Shown: positions 1 to 15,425, counted from the stretch's first letter. The stretch is DNA of 64,000 nt from Octopus vulgaris (GCA_951406725.2 OX597821.1:41354001-41418000), one strand, 5' to 3'. Notes: generated by a model from the letters alone, not told the origin. Translations and numbers: made by a program.

Positions 1-305
1 TTAGCAATTATTTGAGGCAGATTTAATTATATTTCTCTAAGGTTCCACTGATATGTCTACCAAGGGATATGAACTCCCGACACATAAACTAAAATTTAAA
101 AGTGACCAAAACAAAATAAAAACCAAAAAAATAAAAAAGGTGTGGATTCCAGGTTCATTCCCATTGCATAGCACCTTGGGCAAGTGTCTTCTATAGCATT
201 GGGCTGACCAAAGTCTTGTGAGTGTATTTGATAGATGGAAAGTGAAAGAATCCACTATTTATATTTGTGTGTGTGTGTGTGCATATATGTATATATATAT
301 ATATG

Positions 306-485
306 TAGTTGAAATTTACAGAAAAACAAAGGACGAAGACAGGTGTATGAACAACAAGCAGGTGTATTGGTTTGACACTTGGGAAAATGAAAAGGTCTTT
401 TATGTTTCGAGCCTACACACTTTAACGGAAAGGAACAGGAGAAAATAAACAGAGAGAGAATACAAAAACTTGTGCTAGTAATCAA
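306..485 (-). mobile_element. Penelope-like pLTR fragment with decayed hammerhead motif (397-432), in (TA)n
   Basis: The reverse complement reads cttt-ccgttaa-a-gtgt-gtag-gctc-gaaac-ata-aaag. It is homologous to the copies at 39225-39380 and 50920-51070. Confidence 0.55.
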
Positions 486-625
486 TCACAACATATATAT
501 ATATACTCTGTTACTCTTTCACTCTTTTACTTGTTTCAGTCATTTGACACAGGAGCACCGCCTTTAGTCAAGCAAATTGACCCAGGACTTATTCTTTGTA
601 AGCCTAGTACTTATCCTATCGGTTA

Positions 626-658
<33 letters not shown>

Positions 659-1829
659 TGAAAGGTAAGTCATTGGACAGAAGTTACAACTAGATGAAAT
701 TTCCAAGTGGTTTAAATGCACAAGTCTCTGAGATCTACGTGGTTAAACACTGTGAGCAGAAGGGAACCTAAGAATCCTGACCAGAGATGGTGGGGTTCTT
801 CTCAGAAAACCTTCTGCCTTTCAGATGTTTTGAGAATTTCTTACCACTATGTGTGTGGGATCCTATATCTGTGTTTGTCCCCCGCCCACCTGCCCACTGC
901 TTCACAACTAGTGTTGGTGTGTTTACATCCCCATAACTTAGCAGTTTGGAAACCAATAAAATTAGTAGGCATTTTGAGAGTCTTTCAGAAATTCTATTAA
1001 TGATCTTCTCATTGGTCTACAGAATAGACAGGGATTCCTCGGAGTAGAGATGACATCTCCTGGAAAAGGTAAATTTATGTATAATGTAACTCGGTCCATC
1101 GTAAAGTATACAAAAGCATAGACTATCATTTTCAGGAAATGCCATATTGACATGGAATGGACAGAATTGTGCTCCTGTGCCTTGATTTTGCTCAGCTTTT
1201 AATGTCATTCCTAACACCAACCACCTCATGTGAGCATTGAGTACTTCTTCATGATGCCATGTGTGTGTGTGTGTAAACATATAAACAAACCTCCGTTTAG
1301 AGATTTCAAAAATAAGAGGAGTAAATGAAATGACACAACTTAATCAGGAATTGAACCTACTTCATGCACTTAAAACTCTAAAGACAGTATCACCAACGAA
1401 CAACATAAAACCACAATATCCGTGTACCATACAATATATATCTGCAATAATTTTTACACTCTTTATTTTTTTCCTTTTCGTTCAAATATTTTATAATAGA
1501 AAATGAGAAAAAAAGAAAAATAAGAGTAAAAGGGGAGAGAGAGAGAGAGAGGAAGAAGTGGAAGAAAAACAAAAGCAAGAGTAGAGAGAGAGAGAGAGAT
1601 AAAGAAAAGGATTCGGGTGCATGTGAGGGTGATTATAGTAGGAGTGCACATTCTCGGTTGAGTATGATATCATATTTATACTGGTTTATCAATATCAATG
1701 TGTTTCTATATGTCAAGCCTGGTGGTTGAATAACACTCTCCACTCCCTCCCTTCAATATATTGCTTCTTTGGCAATGGTAGTTGTAGAATATTTAATTAA
1801 TATTTGACAAAAGATGCATATATGAATGC

Positions 1830-2750
<921 letters not shown>

Positions 2751-4659
2751 AAGCAAATTATTAAATTGAAAGACAATATTACAAAAAAAAAATGAAAAAT
2801 CTAAAAAATTAAGGAAATGAGTTGAATAAAATTAATTTTTCCTGTCATTTCATTACTTATTTCTGGGATCATTTATCAGTTTTTCCTTTTTTTCTTTGTT
2901 TTTGTTTTTTTTTTGTTGGGGAGTTAGATTTGTTTATTTTCTTGTTTTACATTTTACATAAAATTTCATTTCATTAATTCTAAATTATTTTATTTTAATT
3001 TCAATATTTCATTTACATTTCCATCTCTATTATTATTATTATTATTATTATCATTGTTATTTTCTTTTATTAATTTGTTGTTGTTGTAATAGAACTAGGA
3101 GGTACGTTATCTGTTCATGAATATATTTTCATATTTTTATATTTTCCTCTATCTTGACTTCAGCACCTGACATTATTAAAAGTGTATTATTCTCCTCCAA
3201 GGCTTCCTTCCAAAGTAGTGTTTAGATAACGCTAGATAGTTAGTTGTATATAGTGGTTGTGTGTCTATGAAATAGTTAAGCTGTTGGGGGAATCTATGAA
3301 TGGTGTATTATAGAACTGGAATAATGCACAGCAGTGTCTATGCAAAGAGATATTCAATTAAGTGTGTTAACTGTAAGAAAATCTTCTATTTGAAAGGAGC
3401 TTCATCATTTCAGAATGCATAAACAACACTTCTGTGACATTTTGTACATTCTTTAATTTTACGTCAGATTCTCAGTAAATAATTTCCACCAAGAAGAGAC
3501 ACCAGTCTGGTTAAGAAGTTTGATTCTTAACCATGTGGTCTTCAGTTCAGTCCCACTCTCCAGCATCTTTGGCAAGTGTCTTCTACTATAGTGCCACACT
3601 GACCAAACCCTTTTGAATGTGCCTCATTGATGGAAAATGAAACAAACCGATCATGTGTGTGTGTGTGTGTGTGTGTGTGTACCTTTGTCTTAACATCACG
3701 TGATGATTGTAAATGACCATCAGCACCTTACAAGGGATGCTGCTCATTTCCTACCTTTCTTGGTGAAATATTACTTGGCTAAGAAACAGGTAAGTGTTGG
3801 TGACAGGAAAGGCATTCAGCTCTAGAAAAATCTCTTTCAACAAATTCTGGCTGATCCATTCGAACATAGACAACAGGGCATTAAATGATGATTAATGCCC
3901 TAATGTTTTTCTTTTTGTTATGTACTGCTTCAGCAACACACAAAGTGAAATTACGGCAATACAGAGAACCTTAGCATGACTCGATGTGCAAGAAGGCATT
4001 CAAATTAGTGAAGTGTGCCATATTTTATTTTTATTTTCTTTCACGACGGTGCTCCAGCATAGCCACAGTCCAATGACTGAAACAAGTTAGCGAATAAAAG
4101 AATGTGAGGGGGAGGGGTAGTTTACATGTCTGTGTGTTTGTGCTTGTGTCTGTAAGTGTGTTTGTGCATGTGTGAAGAACTTTATTACCCTTAAAAACAC
4201 AGGTTTCTCCAACACATCGCTCACCATTCTGTCACTTCATCTACCACCTGTGATTGCTCATATAACATCACAAATAAAGGTTCTACTTGCATCGGTTCTT
4301 CCTGCTACTACCATCTTCACCATTCTACCTTTCTCTCTCTCTTTCTCTCTTTCTCTCTCTCTCTCTCTTACACACTTCACCAGATCCATGTATCAGTGAC
4401 TACACCAGAGCATCCTTATCAATCTATCTCTCCCTCCCATCACAAGGATGATGTACGAGAGATTGCATCAAACTGTTCATACACAATACACTCTATCTTC
4501 ACCCTTTCTATACTGCCAGTCATCACTCACTTTCCCCTCCAGGCCATTTCTACTGTCACCCATCACTTAGCCTTGACTTTTGCTTCTGCTTATGTACAAG
4601 CAAACAGAAAACTCTTACACAGTAACAAAGATGCTCATCCCTTTCTTACACATTTAATG

Positions 4660-5960
4660 ACCTAGTCATCCAAAAGGCTCGAAAGAATACCTTCAGATGA
4701 AACAGCTTTCAAAAGAACTGCAAACTGTTACAATAAATTACAAGAAAATAATGAATCCATAAAAATAAGAAATTTAATTCATTCTCAAACAAAACCACAT
4801 CCAATTATAGAAATTAAAATCTAAAAACAGAAACAAAAATGAATAAATATAAAATAAAAATATTGTAATCTTTTATTCTATTCTTTATAATCTCAGGGTG
4901 AAATTTATAATTACTAAGAAATCTTGAATCTAGTTCAGAATCATTTTTTCTGCAAGACATAAATTCCTTAACAGGGAAAATTTGAAAGTAAGCTATAGTT
5001 GTATGAAGAATATGGAAAGTAACATCACAAATACTCCAAAGCACCAGAGAAGCTCAATAACCAGGAGATTGAAAGTAAAGAATTTAAACAAAAGCTTGTG
5101 AAAAGCCCAACAGAAGCCTAATAAAGAAAGTAAACTGGGCAGACAGTAAACTGGGTAAAATTGTAAAGATAGTGGGATCTGTTTTCTCAGCAAATTATGC
5201 AAAGCAAAAAACCTTAATAAACTAAGCTACTGTCACAGTATATTTGTATGTATCATTTCCAGGAGATGCCAACTCTACTCCGAGGATTCCCTGTCTATTC
5301 TGTAGACCAATGAGAAGATCATTAACAGAATATCTGAAAGATTTTCAAAATGCTTAATAATTTTATTGGTCTCTTTTGCCAAACTGCTAAGTTATGGTGA
5401 TGCAAAACCATAGACTATCATTTTCAGGAAATGCTACATTGACATGGAGTGGACAGCATTGTACTTCTGTGCCTTGATTTCGCACAGCTTTTAATGTCAT
5501 TCCTAACACCAACCACCTCAAGTACTATCTCCAAAATTCTGTAATTTATTGTGCATGAAGAATTTCATAATTAACTTCAGCAATAAATCTATCTCTAAAT
5601 GAAAACAAAAGACATGCTACAGCATTATCAAGCAATATAGAGTATTTTAAAGACAATTAAATCATCCATTAAAAATGCTTGATCTATAATGAATCTTTAG
5701 CTATGACTTCAGGAATATCAAGTAGTTCTATACAATCTCAATATTGACAGTTTGGGAAATAAACATCAAGAAATAAAGAATCCATTTATAGAATATTTTG
5801 AACCAGGAAGAACCAATTGCAACAAGTGAAAGAAGAGAAATTAGGATTCTGAAGAATGGACAGTTCTAAATTTAAGAATTCAAACATAGCATTTACCAGA
5901 GTTAGACAGACCTGAAGCAGACCTAGAATAGAGATGGCATTTCAATGCCAAGGTCTTGAA
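4660..5960 (+). mobile_element. Highly decayed Penelope-like element (RT C-terminus and GIY-YIG region), interrupted by a local duplication at 5256-5520
   Basis: Peptide remnants SDETAFKRTANCYNKLQENN (4693), QNSVIYCA (5532) and ENKRHATALSSNIEYFKDN (5601) resemble PLE thumb and GIY-YIG motifs in the expected order. Many stops and frameshifts. Confidence 0.5.
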
Positions 5961-6138
5961 TAGTGACAGAAGAACCTTGAAAAACCTAGCATCATTGACT
6001 GAGTGATCAATTAAATAATCAAACAATTAGTTAGTTGGCTAAACATTAACCAATTGACTAATAGTAATAAAGAAGTGAAATAGAACCAGTGTGTGTGTGT
6101 GTTTATTATTGACATGACCCCGCTGAGATACAACAATG

Positions 6139-6220
<82 letters not shown>

Positions 6221-6692
6221 TATATACATATCTATACACACACACTAATTTTCTTTCTACATTCATATTCTCCACTCTTACTGTGCTCTCTACACATTCT
6301 GATCGATTCTTCCTTGTGTTAACAAGTACTTCCTTGCAACAATATAAACTTTCATTCAATCAAGATACCCTTGGCCTTAAGAGCAGCCTGTGGTATACAC
6401 CTCACTTGGATATTTACCACTTCCATGGTTCCACTCATTATGACACATATGTAGCTCGGGTCCAATCTACTTCATTCCTTAACTCTTGTATAAACACACA
6501 TTCACACACACACACACATATATACATAGAAAGAAAGAGAGAGAGAAAGGGCGATGCAGATTCACACAATTAAGCTGGACACACACATATATATATGCAT
6601 ATATGTAAAGAGAGAGATACACATAGATATACATAAATAAATATAAACTGTATATATTCATAAAGATAAACACTTTATAAATACTCATGCCA

Positions 6693-7109
6693 ATATTTAT
6701 ACAAATATATTTATATAGAGCATAAAAAATACAGAATATTTAAAAGAGAATACATAGTTTCTTAACTCGACAGCTGTTTCAAGAAGCTCAGAATTGCATA
6801 ATAATAATAATAACATCCATAATTTGTAGATAGAATGAGCAAAAAGTCTTGGGTATGCAGCCAATAAACAGTCACATGGGAATATCCCAATAAGTTCAGA
6901 TCCCTTCATTTAGAGAAAACTGGTTTATAGTAACATCTCGGTGTAACTATTTGCTGGTAGCTTAACCAAGGCCGTTTGCACATTTCATCTGTAAATTATG
7001 AACATTACCATTTTTACATAATTCTGAGCTTCCTGAAACAGCTGTCAAGTTAAGAATTCATAGTATTCAGTATTTTTTATGTTCTATATAAATATATTTG
7101 TATAAATAT
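6693..7109 (-). mobile_element. Inverted-repeat element (arms 6693-6795 / 7020-7109) with hammerhead remnants; probable PLE pLTR
   Basis: The arms are reverse complements and both carry GAAAC-AGCT-GTC. A decayed core ctc-taaatga-aggga lies at 6915-6901 (-). Confidence 0.6.
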
Positions 7110-7656
7110 CAGTATATGCACATGTGTGTGCGTGTGTTTATGTGTGTGTGTATGTTTTCCTTTACATCGTCCCACCTGGATTTCTCTTAAAGCCACTCTT
7201 GACAATGTTAGCTGACTCCTGGATGGAGAATTCAGAGCTCAAATTCATTTCAGCATTACTATGTTTTCTATACTGATTATGTACATACATATATATATAT
7301 ATATATAATACAAAATGGGACAGGAATGCAAAACATCTGGACAGCTAGGTGATACAAAAATGGGACAACAAAACATCCAAGAAGACAATACAAAAAAAAC
7401 AAGGACGAGTCATTCAAAGTTTTCTTTCCTCAGTCAAGTACCAAATTATCCCCACAATTTCGGCTGATTATACTTGAATATATATTAATGCATATATGTA
7501 TGTTTGGATGGATGTGTACACACACACACATATATATATATATACATACATGCATATATATATATGTATTTATGAATGTATATGTGTGCATGCATGCATG
7601 TGTGTATGTGTATGTGTACACATTTATCCAAACATACATATATACATTAATATATA

Positions 7657-7687
<31 letters not shown>

Positions 7688-8455
7688 TGGAGAGGGAGAG
7701 ATAAAATGTGTTTTATTTTATTATCATTACTTTTCTTTTATCACTGAAACATGGTGAAGAGATTTTCTAGTTTTGTTTAAATAATTTATAATTAAGTTAA
7801 AACTAATTAAATTAACATTCTTCATTTAACAGATACATAGTAGCATGTTCACTGAACCATCAAAGCTAAACTGTTTGTTATGTAAAGAGATAATTAAATA
7901 AATAAATAATTAAATAAATAGTGACATCATAAAAGAAAGAAATTAGTACAGACTAATTTTATAAAAGTCAAGTGTTTCTTGAACAATAACTTCAAAATTA
8001 ATTCATTTTACCAAAAGGTTAAGCAGTCAAAATTCTTGGTTGTCAAAGAATGGCTTTTTAGAGACAATAAGAAGATGGCAAGCACCAAGAAGTTTAGTTT
8101 TGGCTAAGTTAAGTCAAAACACATCACTGAATGTGTTAAGAGATTAATCTGGATTAGTTAGAGATGAATGCGGATTTATAAGAAGTGAGAAGGGTTTCTT
8201 AAAACTTATGTTTTATCTTTTGGATTTTATTCACTCTAGAAATATAATCCAGTGTTAGTTATAATCTTGAATATCACATCTTTGTAAATAAATATTGAGG
8301 AACAGAGGGAAGAAATGACGGTGGAGATAGAGAGCCTTCCTCTAGTTGGAATATGTTTCCATAAAAGATTACAAAAAATTAAACAGTACTGTTTGTAAGG
8401 TAGAGATGTTTGTTTGCAATGTGTGTGTGATGGCAAGTCAAGGAAACAGAATCTC

Positions 8456-8487
<32 letters not shown>

Positions 8488-8899
8488 ACACCAACACACA
8501 CATATTTCCACACACATATACATATATGAACATAAAAATTGGTGTTGGGGATTCATTTCCATTTCCTCTTACTGAATTCTCTCACAAGGAATTGGTCAGT
8601 CCAGGGATACAGTAAAAGACATTTGCTGAATGTACTGCACAGCAGAAGTGAACACAAAACTGTATGATTGTGAAGTGATGTCCTTAACCACACAGCCACT
8701 CTTGAACTACTGTTCCCATATCTTCCCTACATCTATCAAGTTGTAACTGTTCAAATTAGATCAAACTAGATCAATTTCATTGGTTTCAGAGGGACCCTTA
8801 AAGCTATAGGTATAATCCTTAATCCTTGTCTCCAGACAAAATTCCTCCCTTCAAATCAAGAATGTACAGGGTAATGGATTTGCAGAAGGTCCACTCAAT

Positions 8900-9307
8900 T
8901 GGCTGCTGTGCTGGTGGCACATAAAAAGCACCATGCAAACATGGTCAATGCCAGTGCTGCCTGACTGGCTCCCATGTCAGTGGCATGCAAAAAGCACTAT
9001 CCAAACGAGTTCGATGCCAGGGTCACCTGGCTGGCTCCTGTGCTGGTGGCACGTAAAAAGCACCCTCTACACTCTCAGAGTGGTTGGCATTAGGAAGGGC
9101 ATCCAGCTGTAGAAACATTGCCAGATCAGATTGGAGCCTGGTGCAGCTGCTGGCTTCTTAGACTTCAATCAAACCGTCCGACCCATGCCAATATGGAAAA
9201 TGGACGTTAAACAATGATGATGGTGATGATGGTGGTGGTGGTGGTGGTGGTGGTGGTGGTGGTGGTGGTGGTGGTAATGATGATGTGATGATGATGATGA
9301 TGATGAT
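8900..9307 (+). mobile_element. RTE LINE 3' UTR fragment with (GAT/GGT)n tail
   Basis: gagtggttggcattaggaagggcatccagctgtagaaac...ggacgttaaac(gat)n matches the 3' UTR of the RTE at 61241-61600. Confidence 0.8.
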
Positions 9308-10594
9308 TAGAGTGTAAAACAGGATATCTTGGAGTATTTCTTTGTGCTCAGAATTAAAATCTTTCCAAAGTCAACTTTACCTTTCATCACTCCTCAGGCG
9401 ATAAAATAAAGTACATCAGTTAAGTAAAGTACATCAGTTAAATACCACAGTTGATTTAATCCACTAACCCCACCATCTTTCTCTCTCCCTCTAAATTCTT
9501 GTTCTTATGTAAGAAACAATTAATGCCAACCGTTATTACTGTTGCAGCACTGTCAGTATCTTCAGCCTAACAGGCATCAATATCTTATCCATCAATAAAT
9601 CAGACATGACAATAAATAAATTCTAAAAACTAATCACTGATGTCTTACATAACAAACTGTAATATTATCAAAAAGCACAAACATAGATAGACAATTAAAT
9701 TCATCAAATTAATGATTTCATTTGACAAGGTACAAGATCACTACTTGTACAAGAAAAACAAAAACAGAGTTCGTTAAACTTAATGACTTCTTCAAATATA
9801 AGACAACCTGAAAGAGAAATAAAATTCGACTAAACAGAAAATAATGAAAATAGCCCCAAAATATAAAGAAAAGAAAACAAGAGAAAAAAACTAGCTCCTT
9901 GATAAACCCTTCCACCCCCTAGATTATATAAGGGAAAGAAAAAATTGTAGTTGAGCTTTATATCACTGAGTGAGAAGTATTTAGCACACAGAAGCTACAC
10001 AATGTTACATATAGCAGTAATTGATGGCCAGAGGTTCTCTACTTTATGAATTAACTGGTCAGAAACAATATGCCCTAACTGGCTCATACACAATTAATTA
10101 CTAACCTCTGTGCTCCTGTGTTAGTTTTTCTGAGGTTATCAGATAAAAACCAATAACACCATGATATATTAGACAGCATACCTGCTGCTAAATAATTAAG
10201 TGTAACTCAGTAAAAGACAAACATCCAGTTACGTTAAGGACAAACCTTCTAATTACACAGAATGCTACCATTGAATGGTTTTCTATGAGAATCAGAAAGA
10301 AAAACAACAAAAGAAAAAGAACAAAAAAAAACATGGATATTACTGAATAATTCCAACACCAATTCCACAAATAAAAATTGTACTTATGGTTAAAACTTAC
10401 TGGAAATACATTCCTAAAGATTGTAAACACCTGATATTTGCTTTCGTGTATCTTCCTTTGAAGTCATCGTTTATTTTAGGAGCTTACAAAAAGAGACCTC
10501 ACAGTGAGTGAAGAATGCATATGATGATGGTGATGATGATAATGATTGTAATGGTGGGGGTGGGGTGAGAATGATGAAGTTGACAATGACAATG

Positions 10595-10885
10595 ATGAGA
10601 AGGAGGGGGAGGGGAGGGGGAGGGGGAGTGGTGGAGGTGGAGGAGGAAGAAGGAAGGAGAGGATGAAGAGGGGAGGAAGAGGGAAGGGGGAGGAAGAGGA
10701 GGAAGAAGAGGGAAGGGCAGGAGGAAGAGGAGGAGGTAGAGGGAAGGGGAGGAGGATGAGAAGGAGGAAGAGAAGGAGGAAGAGAAGGAGGAGAAGGAAG
10801 AGAGAAGGGGAGGAGGAGGGGAAGAGGAGGAGGAAGGGGAGGGGGAAGGGGAGGAGGAAGGGGAGGAGGAAGAGGAGGTGGAAGA
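10595..10885 (+). repeat. Polypurine (GGA/GAA/GGG) tract
   Basis: About 290 nt of almost pure A/G; it gives the poly-Pro ORF on the minus strand. Confidence 0.9.
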
Positions 10886-11118
10886 TTACAACCTGAACAC
10901 CTGATGCTAGATCTCACCAACTGCCGGGAACAGAGACCTCACTGATGTCCTTCGAGGGGAACATGACAAAAACATAATCACTTTCCGCAACCCAACTGGA
11001 CAGTCACCACTCACATCCGCCGAAAGAGTCTTGAAGCCCCTTCTTCATGTGTCCAGCTTCCTTGATTGATACATCAATGATGATGATGATGATGATGATG
11101 ATGGTGATGATGATAATG

Positions 11119-11150
<32 letters not shown>

Positions 11151-11708
11151 GATGGTGATGATGAAGATGATGATGATGAAAATGATGATGGTGATGATGA
11201 TGATGATGACGACGATGATGACGATGATGATGAGGAGGAGGAGGTTAATTAGGGAATAAAGGATAATGCCTAAGGCCATCACATGCTTTCCGAGGCCGCT
11301 GATTAACTTGAGCAATTGCAGACCAAAGGCTTTCATGGAGAGGGACCTACAGAAAAACTGCACTTTCAATTAAGTAGGATAGGGAGAAGCACTTTGTGTG
11401 GGCAAGTGAGAAACAGGCAGGGGAAGTGAGAAAGAGCAGGTCAGTTTGACGGTCCTGGCTTAAGTAAGCAACTTGTGGTTTCAAAAGAGGAAAGGCCATA
11501 GGAGAAATGAGAGAAGAAACAGGGAGAAAGGAAGATTGCAACTGGAGTTATACAATTAGTTCTTAAAGCTTGTTGATGGGTGATTCATTGCTAATCAGCT
11601 AATTAAATGTGCATGTAGTTAGGCAGGCTTATCTCAAATAAGTGAAGGGTTGACCCACAACACACAGAAACAGCTGAATCTGGTATCAAAGAAAAAAACC
11701 TGATCATA

Positions 11709-12107
11709 GGCGCGGGAGTGGCTGTGTGATAAGTAGCTTGTTTACCAACCACACGGTTCCGGGTTCAGTCCCACTGCGTGGCACCTTGGGCAAGTGTCTT
11801 CTGCTATAGCCTCGGGCCGACCAAAGCCTTGTGAGTGGATTTGGTAGACGGAAACTGAAAGAAGCCCGTCGTATATATGTATATATATATATATGAGTCT
11901 GTGTGTTTGTGTGTCTGTGTTTGTCCCCCTAGCATTGCTTGACAACCGATGCTGGTGTGTTTATGTCCCCGTTACTTAGTGGTTCTGCAAAAGAGACAGA
12001 TAGAATAAGTACTGAGCTTACAAAAGAATAAGTCCCGGGGTTGAGTTGCTCGATTAAAGGCGGTGCTCCAGCATGGCCGCAGTCAAATGACTGAAACAAG
12101 TAAAGAG
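11709..12107 (+). mobile_element. tRNA-derived SINE family A (CORE-like), full length
   Basis: Head gtggctgtgtg(g)taag...gggttcagtccc (A/B boxes), CORE-like accttgggcaagt, internal (TA)/(TG) microsatellite, tail gaaacaagtaaagag. More than 15 copies in the window. Confidence 0.9.
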
Positions 12108-12116
12108 TATATTGAA

Positions 12117-12432
12117 CATCATCATCATCGTTTAACGTCTGCTTTCTGTGCTAGCATGGGTTGGACGGCTCGACTGGAGTCTGGGAAACCAGGAGGCTGC
12201 ACCAGGCTCCAGTCTGATCTGGCAGTGTTTCTACAGCTTGAAGCCCTTCCTAACGCCAACCACTCCGTGAGTGTAGTGAGTACTTTTTACATGCCACCAG
12301 CACAGGTGCTAGGGAAGGCTGGCATCGGCCACAATCAGTTGGTGCTTTTTACGTGCCACCAGCACTGAAGCCAGTGAAGGCAGTGCTGACATCAGCCACA
12401 TTCGGATGGTGCTTTTTACATGCCACCGGCAC
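12117..12432 (-). mobile_element. RTE LINE 3' UTR fragment
   Basis: (cat)n-cgtttaacgtc...gctagcatgggttggacgg, the same as at 61241 onward. Confidence 0.85.
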
Positions 12433-12949
12433 ATAAAAAGCAGTAAATTTATGTCAAGTTGTATGAGAAATGCAGTAAATAGATGTCATATTGACAACTA
12501 GACACCATATGTGGAGCCAATAAATGTTAGTACTTATGTCACCAATATCAGATCAATTATTTTGGTATAATACACTTCTAGCTTTAGAAGTTGTAATTTT
12601 TGACCAACATCTGAAGTTTTATTTTATTTTATTTATTTTATTTTTTTCTCTATAAGCACAAATCTGCAGAAAGAAAATTAAGAATGAGCTTTACCCGAAA
12701 TGAGAGCTTCGATCATTCAATTTCATTTGGGGAGGGGAAAAAAAAAACTTATGCTTATTTCAGCTCTCTTTCATCCATTCTTGGTTCTTCCAATCTTAAT
12801 CAGTATTCTAGGTGTCAGCTTCCTCACATCTTTTTTATATGCCCACTCACATTCACCCACAGACGCATACTCAAACACACACATACACACACACATACAA
12901 ATACACACATGTATACACATCTAAGCATATGCAATCACCTCTTCTCGGT

Positions 12950-13003
12950 TTCTTCTTCTTCTTCTTCTTCTTCTTCTTCTTCTTCTTCTTCTTCTTCTTC
13001 TTC

Positions 13004-13034
<31 letters not shown>

Positions 13035-13248
13035 CCTCCTCCTCCTTCTCCTTCTTCTTCTTCTTCTTCTTCTTCTTCTTCTGATTATTATTATTATTAT
13101 TGTTGTTGTTGTTGTTGTTGTTGTTATCATCAGCATTGTCGTCGTCATCACATCAACATCATCATCATCATCATCATCATTATTATTATCATTATTATTA
13201 TTATCATTATTATTATTCTAGTTGTTATTATCAACATCATCATCATCA

Positions 13249-13288
<40 letters not shown>

Positions 13289-13410
13289 CATCATTATCAT
13301 TATTATTATTATTATCATTATTATTATTAATATTATTATTATCATTATTATTATTATTATATTTTATTATTATTATTATTATCATCATTATTATTATTAT
13401 TATTATTATT
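12950..13410. repeat. Compound trinucleotide array (TTC)n-(ATT)n-(GTT)n-(CAT)n-(ATT)n
   Basis: Directly visible. Confidence 0.95.
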
Positions 13411-13694
13411 CAATATGAAGTCAATATGCTTCTGTAATAAAAGTTGATTGTTTCTGTCACATTGAGGTTTTTGTCTTATAATTTTACTCTCGATGCCCCC
13501 TTTGCCAATTGGCATGGATTACCGGGACACCTGTCAAAAGCAACCATTCACATATAAAAGAAGAAATGATACGCATTTTCTATCTCAGAAAATTGCACTG
13601 CGAAGAGCAAAGTTTTATTTCCATGGCACAATGGAAAGCTAGTGACAGATAGCAAGTTGTGACCTTCTATCTACCTATCTATCCCTGTTTCACT

Positions 13695-13734
<40 letters not shown>

Positions 13735-14013
13735 CTTGTATATATGTATTATATATCATGTATATTATGTATATATGATATATAAAATATATATATGCAA
13801 ATAGACAGATATAAATATAAAAATGTATATAGAAATATATGTATGTATATATGTATGTGCATGTATATCTATATATGCATATTTATATATATATATGTGT
13901 GTGTGTGTGTGCGTGTGTGTGTGCACATGTTTATCTATATATGCATATATATATATATATTCTCATATATATATATATTCCCATATATATATGTACATAT
14001 CTACTTATGTGTA

Positions 14014-14045
<32 letters not shown>

Positions 14046-14162
14046 CATATATATATGCATATATATATATATATTCTCATATATATATATATATATATAT
14101 ACATATCTATGTATGTGTATATACATATGTATATGTATATATGTATATATATATATGCACAC

Positions 14163-14197
<35 letters not shown>

Positions 14198-15017
14198 TAA
14201 ATACATATACAGACATACACCCACACACTCACACCCATATATACGTATGTATATGTAAACGCTCACTACTGTGAACCATCACTGCCCATACAGTACACTT
14301 CTAAAATAAGAATTTACATATTTAATAAAGCATCAACAGGAAAAAATACAAATTCTTTGTAGGTGTCTCCGTTTCGTCGTTTTCTGTGCTAAACATAAGA
14401 CCAAAATATATTTAAATCTATTCTATTGTTTTATTCAGGTATTCAATGCCAGTGTTATGTCACTCAATCTTCAGATGGAATAATGAAATTCCTTCTTCAG
14501 TCTGATGCATAGACATATCATTAAAAAAATATCAATCTAGCTGAGGTGGGTCTCATTTAAAGAGCTACTCAATGTTAATATATATATATATGCCATATTT
14601 TTGCAGTCATATATCTGCTTGACATTCTCTTATCTTATTTCTATTATCTTTATCTTGTATCTGGTAACAATTCGTCGTGCGTTTTATGAAACTCTATCGC
14701 TATGCATTCAATAAGGAAAAATTTAATTTAACCCTTGAATTCTTTTGTTGATTGATGGAGACTCGAGTCTCATCATTTCTCCAGAGCTACAAGGACCAAT
14801 AAAACCGATGTTCATTCTCCGATCCTGTCATGTGAATTGGTTGATCGAAAATCTGTCTTGACATTGTTGTTAGCTGGACTAACACATGTTGCGGAGCATG
14901 TGTTAACACAACAGAGAATGTTATGCTTGCAGCTCTATCAGTTTTGTATTGGATGAGGATAATAATGTTTATGAAGATAGTGATTCCGTAAAAAGCAAAG
15001 CACTACAATAACACACA

Positions 15018-15228
15018 CTCTTATACTCGTTTACTCTTTTACTTGTTTCAGTCATTTAACCATGCTGGGGCACCACCTTTAGTCGAGTAAATCGACCCCA
15101 GGACTTATTCTTTGTAAGCCTAGTACTTATTCTATCGGTCTCTTTTGCCGAACCAGTAAGTTACGGGGATGTAAACACACCAGCATCGGTTGTCAAGCGA
15201 TGTTGGGGAGACAAACTCAGACACACCA

Positions 15229-15265
<37 letters not shown>

Positions 15266-15425
15266 CATATATACGACGGGCTTCTTTCAGTTTCCATCTA
15301 CCCAATCCACTCACAAGGCTTTGGTCGGCCTGAGGCTATAGTGGAAGACACTTGCCCAAGGTGCCACACAGTGGGACTGAACCCGGAACCATGTGGTTGG
15401 TAAGCAAGCTACTTAACACACAGCC
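15018..15425 (-). mobile_element. SINE family A
   Basis: Reverse complement of 11709-12107. Confidence 0.9.

Noticed and set aside
7310-7478. cagccgaaa and ctgagga on the minus strand as a hammerhead
   Set aside because: The order and pairing do not give a canonical type I, II or III fold, and the copy is truncated.
11709-11780. tRNA genes at SINE heads
   Set aside because: They have A/B boxes only, with no complete cloverleaf, and continue into SINE bodies.
14439-14512. Possible terminal exon after ttttattcag (IQCQCYVTQSSDGIMKFLLQSDA*)
   Set aside because: Short, with no recognisable homology and no partner exons.
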